DNA from: an uncultured Chloroflexia bacterium
Lineage (GTDB): Bacteria > Chloroflexota > Limnocylindria > Limnocylindrales > CSP1-4
Length of the DNA stretch: 64,000 nucleotides
Reading direction: 5' to 3'
Assembly: GCA_963715085.1 (NCBI GenBank)
Contig: CAVQQU010000005.1
Location: 30,538 to 94,537, forward strand
The notes below the pieces were generated by a model. It did not search any database. It had not been told where the DNA came from and was given only the letters and a program-made list of their open reading frames with translations. This document shows, piece by piece, positions 9,739 to 19,197 of the stretch. Position 1 is the stretch's first letter, and each line of letters starts with the position of its first letter. A program made the translations under genes and the position numbers.

Positions 9739-11933
9739 CGCGCTCCCAGGTGGACCTCCTCGGAGGCCCGATCGCGCGTGGTGGTGACGGTGTGCTCCAC
9801 GCGGACCGTGGTCGCGGCGCCCGCCGGCAGGACGAGGGGCCAGGCGAAGACGAGTGCCGAGCCCTGGTAGACACGCTCGAAGCCCGCCTCGGAGCTCGAG
9901 ATCGTGTCGATCGGCGAGATCCACGTCTCTGCCGCCGGCTCCACCCGGGTCGCGATCTCGAGGCCCACGTAATCGTTGCCGGAGCGCACCTCGCCCAGCG
10001 AGGCGCGACTGCCGGCAGCGTCGTGCGCGATGCGCTCATCGCCGAGGAGGTACCAGGCGGCCGGGTTGCCACCCCCGCCCAGCATCGTCGTGGCCCACTC
10101 CACGGCGAGCGTCGCCTCGAGTGGCCCCGTGCCGCGGTTCTCCACCCGGACCTCGAGCGAGAGGGTCGGCGTCCGACGGTCGCCGCCGGCCGCGATCGTC
10201 TTCACGACCCGGACCGGCAGAGCGCCGGCCGGCGTGCAGGCCACCCCGTCCCGGACCAGGCGGACCCAGCGGACAGCGCCATCGTCGCCCGTTCCCTCGA
10301 TCCGGAAGGGGTTCGCCACGAAGTCGCCGTACTCCTCGGCGTCGGCCCGGGCGAAGGCACCGGGCGTGGTGGCCGGTGCCAGCAGGTGGACGAGGCCTGA
10401 GCGGCGCTCATAGGCGTCGTAGTGGAGCAGGCCGGCGAGCCCTGTCTCCTTGGCGTTCACCCGGTCATGGATCGAGCCCACGCCCGCGGCGGGCGCCGCC
10501 GGCCCGTCCTGTGCGGCCAGCCTCCGCTCGTGCGCGACGAGCGTCTCGTGAGACGCCTCCGGCCGCCGGCGCAACACGGCCGCGAGCGCGTGGCGCACCG
10601 CCCGGACGTCCCAGCTCCCGATCCCCGCGCCCTCGGAGGGCTTGATCGTGACGACCTGGCCCGCGGTCGCGAGGACCACCTCCGCCACGCCGTCGAGGTC
10701 GACATCCTCCACGCGGACGCCGTCGACAGCCGCGCCGGCCGACCGGGCGGCCTGGTCGGCGGCATCCTCCGCGGCGATCAGGTGCTCGTAGGTGGCCAGG
10801 CGCATGTGGCTGATGTAGATGCCCCCGAACAGGCCGTGCCAGTAGCAGTCGTTCGACTGGCCCTGGTAGAGATGGTCCAGCGCGGCCATCTTCGCCGGCC
10901 CTTCGGGCATCGCCCCGACCTTGGCCGACGTCCGGAGCATCTGCTTGTGGAGGTCGTTGATCTCGCGGTACTTCACCTGGAAGTTGCGCCAGAACCCGCC
11001 GCGCAGGTAGCGGTACTCGGGAGCGCCGGCCGCCTCGGCCCGGTGGAGGAGGTCGGCGAAGCGCCGGCTCTCGTCGGGCGGCAGGGACCACTCGCCCATC
11101 TCGGCGTACGACGCGGTCGGCAGGTAGACCCGGCCGATCGGCGCGTTGCCGTCGAGCCAGTCCGACGGGGTGACCGTCGTGAGCCAGCCGGCGTTCGCCT
11201 CGAGGGCGTCGAAGAAGCGGTCGACCCAGCGGTTCGCGCCCCAGCAGTGCTCCCAGGTGGTGGGCCACGAGCCGAACTTCTCGCCGTCGTCGCCCATCAT
11301 GCCGACCCGGTCGCCCTCCTCGGTGGCGTGGTCGTGGAGGTAGGCGATGAGGTCGTCCACATCGCCGAACGGGATCCGGTAGCGGAGGCCCTTCTCCGTG
11401 CCGAAGACGGTCAGGAGGTGGCCCTGGTCGTCGGTGGTGTAGGGGCCCCAGAGGCGCTCCTCGGGAACGGAGGCCGCCCGGAAGTGGTTGTCGTCGAGGA
11501 TCGTCCAGCCGTAGCCGGCCGTGACGAGGGAGGTGGGCAGGTCCGGCTCCCAGACCCGCTCCGCCAGCCAGGCGCCCCGCGGTCGCCGTCCCGTGATCCG
11601 CTCCAGCTCGTCGGCCATCCTGGTCAGCTGGCCCAGGCGGTCGCGCTCCGGGAGCGAGGCGAGCACCGGCTCGTAGTAGCCCCCACCGAGCAGCTCGACC
11701 TGGCCGCGGTCGACGAGGGCACAGAGCCGCTCAAGGAACTCCGGCCGCTCGGCGCTGAACCAGTCCAGGAGCGGCCCCGTGTAGTGGAGGGCGAGGCGCA
11801 CCCCGGGGTGGCGGTCCAGCGCGTCGAGCATCGGCCGGTAGGCCTGGTCGTAGACGTCGCCGAAGACCCAGCCGAAGTTGCCCACCGGTTGGTGGTTGTG
11901 GAGCGCCAGGGAGAGGGAGATGCGCGGTGCCAC
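9735..11933 (-). CDS. GH57 alpha-amylase / 4-alpha-glucanotransferase-like protein (intact)
   Basis: N-terminus LSLALHNHQPVGNFGWVFGDVYDQAYRPMLDAL...LHYTGPLLDW...GGGYYEPVLASLPERDR...WLAERVWEP is typical GH57. The single ORF is 732 aa. Confidence 0.85.
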   Translation of the reverse strand: MAPRISLSLALHNHQPVGNFGWVFGDVYDQAYRPMLDALDRHPGVRLALHYTGPLLDWFSAERPEFLERLCALVDRGQVELLGGGYYEPVLASLPERDRLGQLTRMADELERITGRRPRGAWLAERVWEPDLPTSLVTAGYGWTILDDNHFRAASVPEERLWGPYTTDDQGHLLTVFGTEKGLRYRIPFGDVDDLIAYLHDHATEEGDRVGMMGDDGEKFGSWPTTWEHCWGANRWVDRFFDALEANAGWLTTVTPSDWLDGNAPIGRVYLPTASYAEMGEWSLPPDESRRFADLLHRAEAAGAPEYRYLRGGFWRNFQVKYREINDLHKQMLRTSAKVGAMPEGPAKMAALDHLYQGQSNDCYWHGLFGGIYISHMRLATYEHLIAAEDAADQAARSAGAAVDGVRVEDVDLDGVAEVVLATAGQVVTIKPSEGAGIGSWDVRAVRHALAAVLRRRPEASHETLVAHERRLAAQDGPAAPAAGVGSIHDRVNAKETGLAGLLHYDAYERRSGLVHLLAPATTPGAFARADAEEYGDFVANPFRIEGTGDDGAVRWVRLVRDGVACTPAGALPVRVVKTIAAGGDRRTPTLSLEVRVENRGTGPLEATLAVEWATTMLGGGGNPAAWYLLGDERIAHDAAGSRASLGEVRSGNDYVGLEIATRVEPAAETWISPIDTISSSEAGFERVYQGSALVFAWPLVLPAGAATTVRVEHTVTTTRDRASEEVHLGAR

Positions 11934-11964
11934 GGGTCCTCCCCGGAACAGGTGTCGGGCGAGG

Positions 11965-14172
11965 TCAGCCCGCTTCGGTGACGACGCGCCGCCTGGCCGT
12001 CGCGACCGCAGGATCGACTCCGGCGGCCGGCAGGTAGAGCAGCTCGGCGTACTCGTGGAGCATCCGGGTGGTCGAGAAGCGCCAGATCGTCGTGGAGATG
12101 GCCCGCCGCATGAGCTCGAGCCAGGCTCGCGGCAGGCCGTCGGCGTCGCGCCGATAGTAGCGGGGCACGACCTCCTCCTCGAGGATCCGGTAGAGGTCGA
12201 GGACGTCCGACCAGTCCTGGGCGCCCTCGTCGGGGTTGGTGACCCGGCCGCCGATCGCCCAGCCGTTGTCGCCGGTCCAGCCCTCGTCCCACCAGCCGTC
12301 GAGGACGGAGAGGTTGACGATCCCGTTCACCGAGGCCTTCATGCCCGACGTCCCGGACGCCTCCAGGGGTCGCCGCGGGTTGTTCAACCAGACGTCGACG
12401 CCGCGGACCAGGAGCTTGGCGACCCGGATGTCGTAGTCCTCGAGGACGAAGACCCGGCCGCGCAGCTCGGGGGAGCGGCTGCGCTCGAAGATGGACTGGA
12501 TCACCTGCTGGCCGGGCCGATCCGCCGGGTGGGCCTTGCCGGCAAAGACCAGCTGCACGGGGCGGTCCGGGTCGTGCAGGAGGCGGGCGAGCCGGGCGAC
12601 GTCGGTGAAGATGAGCGACGCGCGCTTGTACGTGGCGAAGCGGCGTGCGAAGCCGATGGTGAGGGCTTCGGGATCGAGGGCCAGCCCGACCTCGGTGAGC
12701 GTCGCCGGCGACTCGCCGTGGCGGGCCAGCTGGGCCACCAGGCGCGCCCGGGCGAAGATGGCCAGCTCGCGCTTCTGGTGGAGGTGAGCCTCCCACAGCT
12801 CCCGATCAGGAATGCGGCCGACGCGTTCCCAGAACCGGCCGGTGTCCGACTGGCCGTCGAGGTCGTCGAGGTCGGCGTCGAGGAAGCGCTGGTAGAGCTC
12901 GCTCATCGCGCGGCCAACCCACGTCGGGGGATGGATCCCGTTCGTGACGCCGTGGATCGTCCGGCCGCCGAGAAGGTGCTGCCAGGTGTCGTTGGCGGTC
13001 TCGCCGTGCAGCTTGGATACCGCGTTCGCCCCGTTGGCGAGGCGGAGGCTGAAGGCAGTCATGTCGAACTGGTTCGGGTCGTCATCGAGACCGCGGCCCA
13101 GGGCCAGCACGTCGTCGACCGGAATGCTCCCTGTCCCGGGCTGCCCCTCGGCCGCGAGGAGCGGCCCCGCGACGCGCCGGACGAGGCCCGCGTCGAACCG
13201 CTCGTTGCCGGCGGAGACGGGTGTGTGAATCGTGAAGGCGCTCGTGCGTCCGACGGCTGGCCAGGCGTCGGCAAGGGGTGTGCCCGCGCTCACCAGCTCG
13301 CGGGCGCGCTCCACGAGCAGGAACGCGGAGTGGCCCTCGTTGAGGTGCCAGATCGCCGGGGCAACGTCCAGGGCCCGGAGGGCGCGCACGCCGCCGACGC
13401 CCAGGACGAGCTCCTGGTGGAGGCGCATCTCGCGGCCGCGGACGTAGAGGATGTGGGTGATCGGCCGGTCAGGCTCCTCGTTGCGCGCGTGGTCCGTGTC
13501 GAGCAGGAGAACGGGGACACGGCCCACCTGGAGCATCCAGACGGCGACCTGGACGATCCGGCCAGGCAGCTCCACGGGGACGTAGAGCGGGTCGCCCATC
13601 CGGTCGAGGACCCGGAGCACCGGGAGGCGGGCGAGATCGAAGTCGGGGTAGGCGTGCTCCTGGTGCCCGTCCGCGTCGATCGACTGCCGGAAGTAGCCCT
13701 TGCGGTAGAGCAGCCCCACGCCCACGAACGGGAGGGCCATGTCGCTGGCGCTCTTCATGTGGTCGCCGGCGAGGACGCCCAGGCCGCCGGAGTAGATCCC
13801 GAGCGACTCGTGGAGCCCGTACTCGGCGCAGAAGTACGCGATCGGGCCTGTCAGCTGACCGCCATGGACCCGCTGGAACCAGTGGTCGGAGCCGTTCTCC
13901 ATGTACCGGTCGAGCTCCGCGAGGACGTCCTCGTACTCGGCAATGAACGCCGGGTCGTCCAGCAGCGGCTGCCAGCTGATGGGGCTCTCGAAGAGGGCGA
14001 TCGGGTTGCGATAGCGGGACCAGGTCGTGGCGTCGATGCGCTGGAAGAGGAGCGCGGCGCGCGGGTGCCACGTCCACCACAGGTTGTGAGCGAGGCGACG
14101 CAGGCCCTCGAACCGCGGTGGCAACCGGAACGGCGCACCGGGCAGGGTGGGGACGCGGACGAGGGGTTCCAT
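11965..14172 (-). CDS. glgP: Alpha-glucan (glycogen/maltodextrin) phosphorylase
   Basis: YFCAEYGLHESLGIYSGGLGVLAGDHMKSASDMALPFVGVGLLYRKGYFRQ...AHPADRPGQ...EASGTSGMKA. The likely start is MEPLVRV at 14172; the ORF extends to 14358. Confidence 0.9.
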   Translation of the reverse strand: MEPLVRVPTLPGAPFRLPPRFEGLRRLAHNLWWTWHPRAALLFQRIDATTWSRYRNPIALFESPISWQPLLDDPAFIAEYEDVLAELDRYMENGSDHWFQRVHGGQLTGPIAYFCAEYGLHESLGIYSGGLGVLAGDHMKSASDMALPFVGVGLLYRKGYFRQSIDADGHQEHAYPDFDLARLPVLRVLDRMGDPLYVPVELPGRIVQVAVWMLQVGRVPVLLLDTDHARNEEPDRPITHILYVRGREMRLHQELVLGVGGVRALRALDVAPAIWHLNEGHSAFLLVERARELVSAGTPLADAWPAVGRTSAFTIHTPVSAGNERFDAGLVRRVAGPLLAAEGQPGTGSIPVDDVLALGRGLDDDPNQFDMTAFSLRLANGANAVSKLHGETANDTWQHLLGGRTIHGVTNGIHPPTWVGRAMSELYQRFLDADLDDLDGQSDTGRFWERVGRIPDRELWEAHLHQKRELAIFARARLVAQLARHGESPATLTEVGLALDPEALTIGFARRFATYKRASLIFTDVARLARLLHDPDRPVQLVFAGKAHPADRPGQQVIQSIFERSRSPELRGRVFVLEDYDIRVAKLLVRGVDVWLNNPRRPLEASGTSGMKASVNGIVNLSVLDGWWDEGWTGDNGWAIGGRVTNPDEGAQDWSDVLDLYRILEEEVVPRYYRRDADGLPRAWLELMRRAISTTIWRFSTTRMLHEYAELLYLPAAGVDPAVATARRRVVTEAG

Positions 14173-14283
14173 ACGGGGCGCGATGATACCGCGCCGGGCC
14201 GGTCGGCCTGACGCGTACGATGACGCAGCGCGTCCCGCCGCAGAGGTGCGCAATGTCCGCTGGCGAGAATTCGACACGTCCTG

Positions 14284-15180
14284 GTGATTGGAGCCGGGAC
14301 GATGGGGACGCAGATCGCGGTCCAATGTGCCGCTCACGGCTTCGAGGTTGCGCTGCACGACACTGCTCCGGCCGCGGTCGCCGACGCCCCACGCCGGCTG
14401 GCGGCGGCGGCCGACGAGATGATCGCCTCCGGCTTCCTCGACACCGATGCCCGCTCAGCGACCCTCGCCCGGATCGCCGTCGAAGGGGACCTTGCGGCAG
14501 CTGCCTCCAGGGCCGACCTCGTCAGCGAATCCATCGTGGAGGACCCGAAGGCGAAGGCGACCCTCTTCGCCCGCCTCCATGACCTGTGCCCGCCGGGCAC
14601 GATCTTCACCACGAACTCGTCGTCGCTCGTCCCTTCCCAGATCGCGTCGAAGACCGGCCGCCCCGAGCGTTTCGCCGCCCTGCACTTCCACCAGCCGACC
14701 TGGTCGGCCCGGATCGTCGACGTCATGGGCCATCCGGGCACGGACCCCGGCGCGCTCGACCGCGTGGAAGGCTTCGCTCGCCGGATCGGGCAGATCCCCG
14801 TGCGGGCCGCGAAGGAGCACCACGGCTATGTCTTCAACGCGATGTACAACGCCCTGAACCGCGAGGCGATCACCCTGGCGGCCTCCGGGGTCGCCAGTGT
14901 CGAAGACGTGGATCGATCCTGGATGGGCATCATGAAGATGCCGATCGGCCCGTTCGGGATCCTGGACATGGTCGGCATCGATACCGCCTGGCACATCACG
15001 GACTACTGGGCGAAGCGGCTGATCTGGGATCGCCAGATGCGCCGCAACGCGGCCTGGCTGCGGGGCTACGTGGACCGGGGTGCCCTGGGGACGAAGGCGG
15101 GCCGCGGGTTCTACACGTACCCCGACCCGGCCTATGCCCGTCCCGGCTTCGTGGAGGGCGTGCCCCCTCACGGCGACTGA
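14284..15180 (+). CDS. 3-hydroxyacyl-CoA / 3-hydroxybutyryl-CoA dehydrogenase family protein
   Basis: Rossmann motif IGAGTMGTQIA with a GTG start, plus a 3HCDH-like C-terminal domain. Divergent from glgP across 111 bp. Confidence 0.8.
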   Translation: MIGAGTMGTQIAVQCAAHGFEVALHDTAPAAVADAPRRLAAAADEMIASGFLDTDARSATLARIAVEGDLAAAASRADLVSESIVEDPKAKATLFARLHDLCPPGTIFTTNSSSLVPSQIASKTGRPERFAALHFHQPTWSARIVDVMGHPGTDPGALDRVEGFARRIGQIPVRAAKEHHGYVFNAMYNALNREAITLAASGVASVEDVDRSWMGIMKMPIGPFGILDMVGIDTAWHITDYWAKRLIWDRQMRRNAAWLRGYVDRGALGTKAGRGFYTYPDPAYARPGFVEGVPPHGD

Positions 15181-15350
15181 CCCCTGCCGGGGGCAGTGTC
15201 CTCCCGACTGGCGTGGCGCCTCCTCCCGTCCCGTGCGTGCGCAATCCGAGACGATGCTCGAGTCCAGGGGCTCCGTGCTCGAGCCGTGCGGCGGCGTGCC
15301 GGATCGCCCACGGGTCGGCGAGGGCCGGCCCGCAGGACTAGGATCCCGCC

Positions 15351-17009
15351 ATGCGCGTGATCTTCATCGCCGCCGAGTGCGAGCCGTGGGCCAAGACCGG
15401 TGGGCTGGGCGACGTCGTCGACGCGCTGGCGCGTGCTCTCGGTCGGGTTCCCGGCGTCCTCGACGAGCCGGTCGAGGTGTTCCTCCCGCGCTATCGGTCG
15501 GTGCAGGTGCCGGCCGATGCCACCCTCGAGACCCTGGCTCTGCGCGTGCCCGACCCGCGCGCCACCGCCGGCGTGACCGAGCTGGTCGTCCGCTCGTTCG
15601 GGGCTGCCGGGTATCGCCTTCGGCTCGTGGACCATGCGCCGGCATTCGACCGTGACGGCTTCTATCACGACGCCGCGGGCGAGTTCGCCGACAACGCCTG
15701 GCGCTTCGGCCTGCTGGCCCGGGCCGCGCTCGAGACGCGTCGCGCGGAGGGCCGGCCGGTCGACGTCGTGGCCCTTCACGACTGGCACGCCTGCCCCGCA
15801 GCGCTCCAGCGGGACCTCGCCTATGCCGACGATCCGGTGATCGGGCCGGCCGCGATGACCGTGACGCTCCACAACCTGGCATACCACGGGTGGACGCCCA
15901 GGGACCGGGTGCCCGACCTCGGGCTGGGTGTGGACCCACCGGCCGGCGATGCGTGGGGCATCGACCTGCTCCGCGAGGGGATCATCCGCGCCGAGATGGT
16001 CAACACCGTGAGCCCAACGTACGCCCGCGAGGTCCTCGGCCCGGAGATGGGGATGGGCCTCGAGAGCCAGCTCAGGGCCCGTGGCGCCCGCTTCACCGGC
16101 ATCCTCAACGGCCTGGACCAGGCGCTCTGGAACCCGGCGACGGACGGGACGCTCGCGGCGCCCTACGACGCTTCCGACCGGCGCGGGAAGGCCGCCTGTC
16201 GAGCCGACCTCTGCGCGCGGGTGGGCCTGGACCCCGACGACCCGTCGCCGATCCTGGGCGTCATCGGGCGGCTCGACCCACAGAAGGGCTTCGACCTGGT
16301 GGCGGGTGCTGCGCCCGCCCTAATCGCGGCCGGCGCCCGGATCGTGGCCCTGGGCAGCGGCGACGCGGGCCTCGTCGCCGGGATGCGGGCGATCGCCGGC
16401 GCCCGCCCGGGAAGCGTCGCCATGGTCGAGCGCTTCGATCGCGACCTCGCCCGCCGCATCTACGCCGGCGCCGACCTCTTCCTGATGCCGTCCCGCTTCG
16501 AGCCGTGCGGCCAGGGCCAGATGATCGCGATGCGCTACGGCACGCCCCCCGTCGCCCGGCGGACCGGCGGCCTGGCCGACACGATCGTCGACCTGCACGA
16601 GGAGCCGGGCACGGGCACGGGGTTCCTGTTCGACGATGCGACGCCCGATGCGCTCCGCTTCGCCTGTGAGCGGGCGATCGCGGTCCTGCGCGACCGAGAT
16701 CGGACGCGCTGGGAAGGCCTGGTTGGTCGCGGCATGGCCGTTGACTGGGACTGGGAGCGGTCGTCGGCGCCAGCCTACGCCGCGATGTTCCGGCGCGCGG
16801 TGGCCGCGCGGAAGGCTGTCCGGGCCGGCTCGGGAGCGTCGCAGCGGCAGGCGGCCGTCAGCCAGGTGGCGTCCCGACCGGCCCCGGCGATCATTCCGGC
16901 GCGGACAGTCAGCCCAGCGCCGACGGTTGGCCCGGCGCCGACGGTTGGCCCCGCAGCACCGCCGGTTGGCCCCGCAGCACCGCCGCCACCACGACCGCGC
17001 CGACCGTGA
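15351..17009 (+). CDS. glgA: Glycogen synthase with ~60-aa low-complexity C-terminal extension
   Basis: MRVIFIAAECEPWAKTGGLGDVVDALARAL...; RLDPQKG; PSRFEPCGQGQM. The tail is ...PAPTVGPAPTVGPAAPPVGPAAPPPPRPRRP. Confidence 0.9.
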   Translation: MRVIFIAAECEPWAKTGGLGDVVDALARALGRVPGVLDEPVEVFLPRYRSVQVPADATLETLALRVPDPRATAGVTELVVRSFGAAGYRLRLVDHAPAFDRDGFYHDAAGEFADNAWRFGLLARAALETRRAEGRPVDVVALHDWHACPAALQRDLAYADDPVIGPAAMTVTLHNLAYHGWTPRDRVPDLGLGVDPPAGDAWGIDLLREGIIRAEMVNTVSPTYAREVLGPEMGMGLESQLRARGARFTGILNGLDQALWNPATDGTLAAPYDASDRRGKAACRADLCARVGLDPDDPSPILGVIGRLDPQKGFDLVAGAAPALIAAGARIVALGSGDAGLVAGMRAIAGARPGSVAMVERFDRDLARRIYAGADLFLMPSRFEPCGQGQMIAMRYGTPPVARRTGGLADTIVDLHEEPGTGTGFLFDDATPDALRFACERAIAVLRDRDRTRWEGLVGRGMAVDWDWERSSAPAYAAMFRRAVAARKAVRAGSGASQRQAAVSQVASRPAPAIIPARTVSPAPTVGPAPTVGPAAPPVGPAAPPPPRPRRP

Positions 17010-17727
17010 ACGCCGACCCGTCGTCGGCGATCTCGAACGCGCCGCGGGCTGCCTCCGGGGCCTCCCGCAGCAGCCGACGGACGGCGTCGGCGCGCCACGG
17101 AAGCGGCGCCGTGCGGGAGAGCCAGTCCTCGGTGTCGTGACGGAACCGCCACTCCCGTGCGATGTCGCCGCGGAAGCCGGCTCCGGCGATCGCGGTGCGC
17201 CAGTCCGAAGGGCGAAGTGACCGGCCATGGGTTGGGTCGCGCAGCAGCTCCACGGTGTTGAGGAACGTGTCCAGCCCGGCTTCCTCGGGCGAAACCAAGT
17301 CGACCAGGACGATCCGCCCGCCGGGGCGCAGCACGCGGGCGACCTCGCGGAGTGCGCCCCCCGGATCCGGCCAGTGGTGGATCGAGAAGCGGCTGATGGC
17401 GAGGTCGAAGGCCGCGGCGGGGTAGGGGAGCGCGTCGGCACGCGCCTCGACCCACTCCACGTTGGCAATTCCGCGCTCGGCGGCCAGGCGCGCGGCCACG
17501 GCGAGCATCTCGGGTGTCGGGTCGATCGCGTCCACGTGCTCGACGTGGGGCGCGAGGGCCAGCGCCGCGTGGCCCGCGCCGGCGCCCACGTCGATCGCCA
17601 GGTCCGTGGGCCGGGGCGCTGCCGCCTCCACGAGCCAGCGCAGGTCGGGGCCGTCGGCGTGCGACCAGCCCGTCCCGTAGCGCTCCGCAACCGCGGCCCA
17701 CTGGGCGCGGACGGGATCGCCGGTCAT
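16909..17727 (-). CDS. Class I SAM-dependent methyltransferase (UbiE/type-11-like)
   Basis: SAM motif DLAIDVGAGAGHAAL, ...LRPGGRIVLVDL. Start MTGDPV at 17727 overlaps the upstream stop (ATGA). The last ~100 nt overlap the glgA tail. Confidence 0.85.
   Translation of the reverse strand: MTGDPVRAQWAAVAERYGTGWSHADGPDLRWLVEAAAPRPTDLAIDVGAGAGHAALALAPHVEHVDAIDPTPEMLAVAARLAAERGIANVEWVEARADALPYPAAAFDLAISRFSIHHWPDPGGALREVARVLRPGGRIVLVDLVSPEEAGLDTFLNTVELLRDPTHGRSLRPSDWRTAIAGAGFRGDIAREWRFRHDTEDWLSRTAPLPWRADAVRRLLREAPEAARGAFEIADDGSAFTVGAVVVAAVLRGQPAVLRGQPSAPGQPSALG
16918..16985. repeat. Short tandem repeats (18-nt unit x2, 21-nt unit x2)
   Basis: GCCGACGGTTGGCCCNGC occurs twice, then AGCACCGCCGGTTGGCCCCGC occurs about twice. 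The repeats are read on both strands as the tails of glgA and the convergent methyltransferase. Confidence 0.85.
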
Positions 17728-18050
17728 GCAGGTTCCCGGTCTGGCCCCGGGCGCGCCGCGGGCGGAAAGCCAGCCGCCGGGCGGGAGGACACCCGGCGCG
17801 GCGGCCGCGGCGGCCATGCGGACGGCGGCGTCGGCGGCCCGGAGACGACGGGCGCGCCCATCGCGGCCAGGAGGCGGGCGGTCGACCCGGCGATCTCTGC
17901 CACGGCGGCGTCGAAGGCGGCCACGTCCCGGGCGGCGGGGGCGCGCGTCGCCGCGATCTTGCGCACGTACTGGCGGGCGGCGTCGTGGACGTCCCCGTCC
18001 GTGGCCGGGGGCGCGGCGCGACCACGCAGGGGGCGGATGTTGCGGCACAT
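17724..18050 (-). CDS. DUF2277-like protein
   Basis: MCRNIRPLRG...PPATDGDVHDAARQYVRKIA matches the MCRNI...FVRK pattern I recall for DUF2277. The start is taken at MCRNI (18050). Confidence 0.65.
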   Translation of the reverse strand: MCRNIRPLRGRAAPPATDGDVHDAARQYVRKIAATRAPAARDVAAFDAAVAEIAGSTARLLAAMGAPVVSGPPTPPSAWPPRPPRRVSSRPAAGFPPAARPGPDREPA

Positions 18051-18154
18051 GGCCGAAGCGTAGCGCGCCGGGTCCAGGAGCCGGAAAGTCGGTGCCTTCC
18101 GGCACTCCCGTGAAGGGCGGCACGGGCCGACGATATGAGGTCGGAGGTAACCCA

Positions 18155-19162
18155 ATGCGTGCTCGAGTCCTTCTCGTCGGCGCCGCCGCCGCTGCCGCCG
18201 GTGCGGCTGCCACCTTCGCCTTCGCCGTCCGGCCGTGGTGGCGCTCCTGGGGTGTCGATCCGGTCGACGCGACGCTCGACTTCGCGGGCGACGACCTCGT
18301 CCCCGATGCGACCGTCGTCGAGACCCGGGGCATCGAGATCGATGCCCCGCCCGATGCCGTGTGGCCCTGGCTCGTCCAGATGGGCTACAACCGCGCCGGC
18401 TGGTACAGCTACGACGCGATCGACATGAAGGGCGCCAGCGTGAGCGAGATCATCCCGGAGCTCCAGCACCTCGCCGTGGGCGACCCGGTCCCGAACTCGC
18501 CGGACACCGCGTTCGTCGTCCGTTCGCTCGATGCGGGTCGGTCCCTCGTCCTCTATGCCGACGAGAAGACGGTTGAGGAGCAGGTCGCCGCGGCCCGCGC
18601 CCGCAAGGAGGCCGGTGAGGCAGTCGATGAGACCCCGGTCAACCTGAAGGCTGCCGGGAAGATGATGCCGTCGATGCCGGGGTTCGCGGCGAGCTGGGCG
18701 TTCGTCCTGCGGCCGCTCGACGACGGCCGACGGACGCGCCTCACCGAACGCTTCCGGGTGCGGATGCCCGCGCCCGACGGCCCGGCCGCCACGGTCCTCG
18801 GCGGAGCCTTCGGCTTCGGTGTCTTCGCCATGACCCGCAAGCAGATGCTGGGGATCCGCGATCGGGCCGAGGCGGCCCACATCGCCGCCGGGATCACGGC
18901 GGAGTTCAGTGGGCGCTGGGGCGAGAAGGTCGCCGCCGCCGGAGAGGCGACCGTCGAGAGGGTCGCCAACGCCGCGGCCCAGGCGGCCGACACGGCCGCC
19001 GAGATTGCCGGCGGCGCGCCGCCGCCCGTGAAGAAGGTGGCCAGGAAGGCCGCCACCGCCGCCGATACGACCGTCGAGACTGCCGGCGACGCGAAGCCGG
19101 CGGCCAAGAGGACGGCCAGGAAAGCCGCCCACGCCGACGACGGGGGCGAGCCGACCGTTTGA
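18155..19162 (+). CDS. SRPBCC (START/polyketide-cyclase-like) protein with Ala/Lys-rich C-terminal tail
   Basis: GGAGG lies 9 nt upstream of the ATG at 18155. There is an N-terminal TM or signal segment and the motif IEIDAPPDAVWPWLVQMGYNRAGWYSYD. The tail is ...VKKVARKAATAADTTVETAGDAKPAAKRTARKAA. Confidence 0.7.
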   Translation: MRARVLLVGAAAAAAGAAATFAFAVRPWWRSWGVDPVDATLDFAGDDLVPDATVVETRGIEIDAPPDAVWPWLVQMGYNRAGWYSYDAIDMKGASVSEIIPELQHLAVGDPVPNSPDTAFVVRSLDAGRSLVLYADEKTVEEQVAAARARKEAGEAVDETPVNLKAAGKMMPSMPGFAASWAFVLRPLDDGRRTRLTERFRVRMPAPDGPAATVLGGAFGFGVFAMTRKQMLGIRDRAEAAHIAAGITAEFSGRWGEKVAAAGEATVERVANAAAQAADTAAEIAGGAPPPVKKVARKAATAADTTVETAGDAKPAAKRTARKAAHADDGGEPTV

Positions 19163-19197
19163 CGCATCGCGCGTCCGGCTGTCATGGTGTGCCGGCC

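Noticed and set aside
14173-14283. Small palindromes (GCGCG-N7-CGCGC, GACGCG-N12-CGCGTC) in the glgP / dehydrogenase divergent spacer, considered as operators.
   Set aside because: Such short GC palindromes are expected by chance at this base composition, and there is no nearby regulator to link them to.
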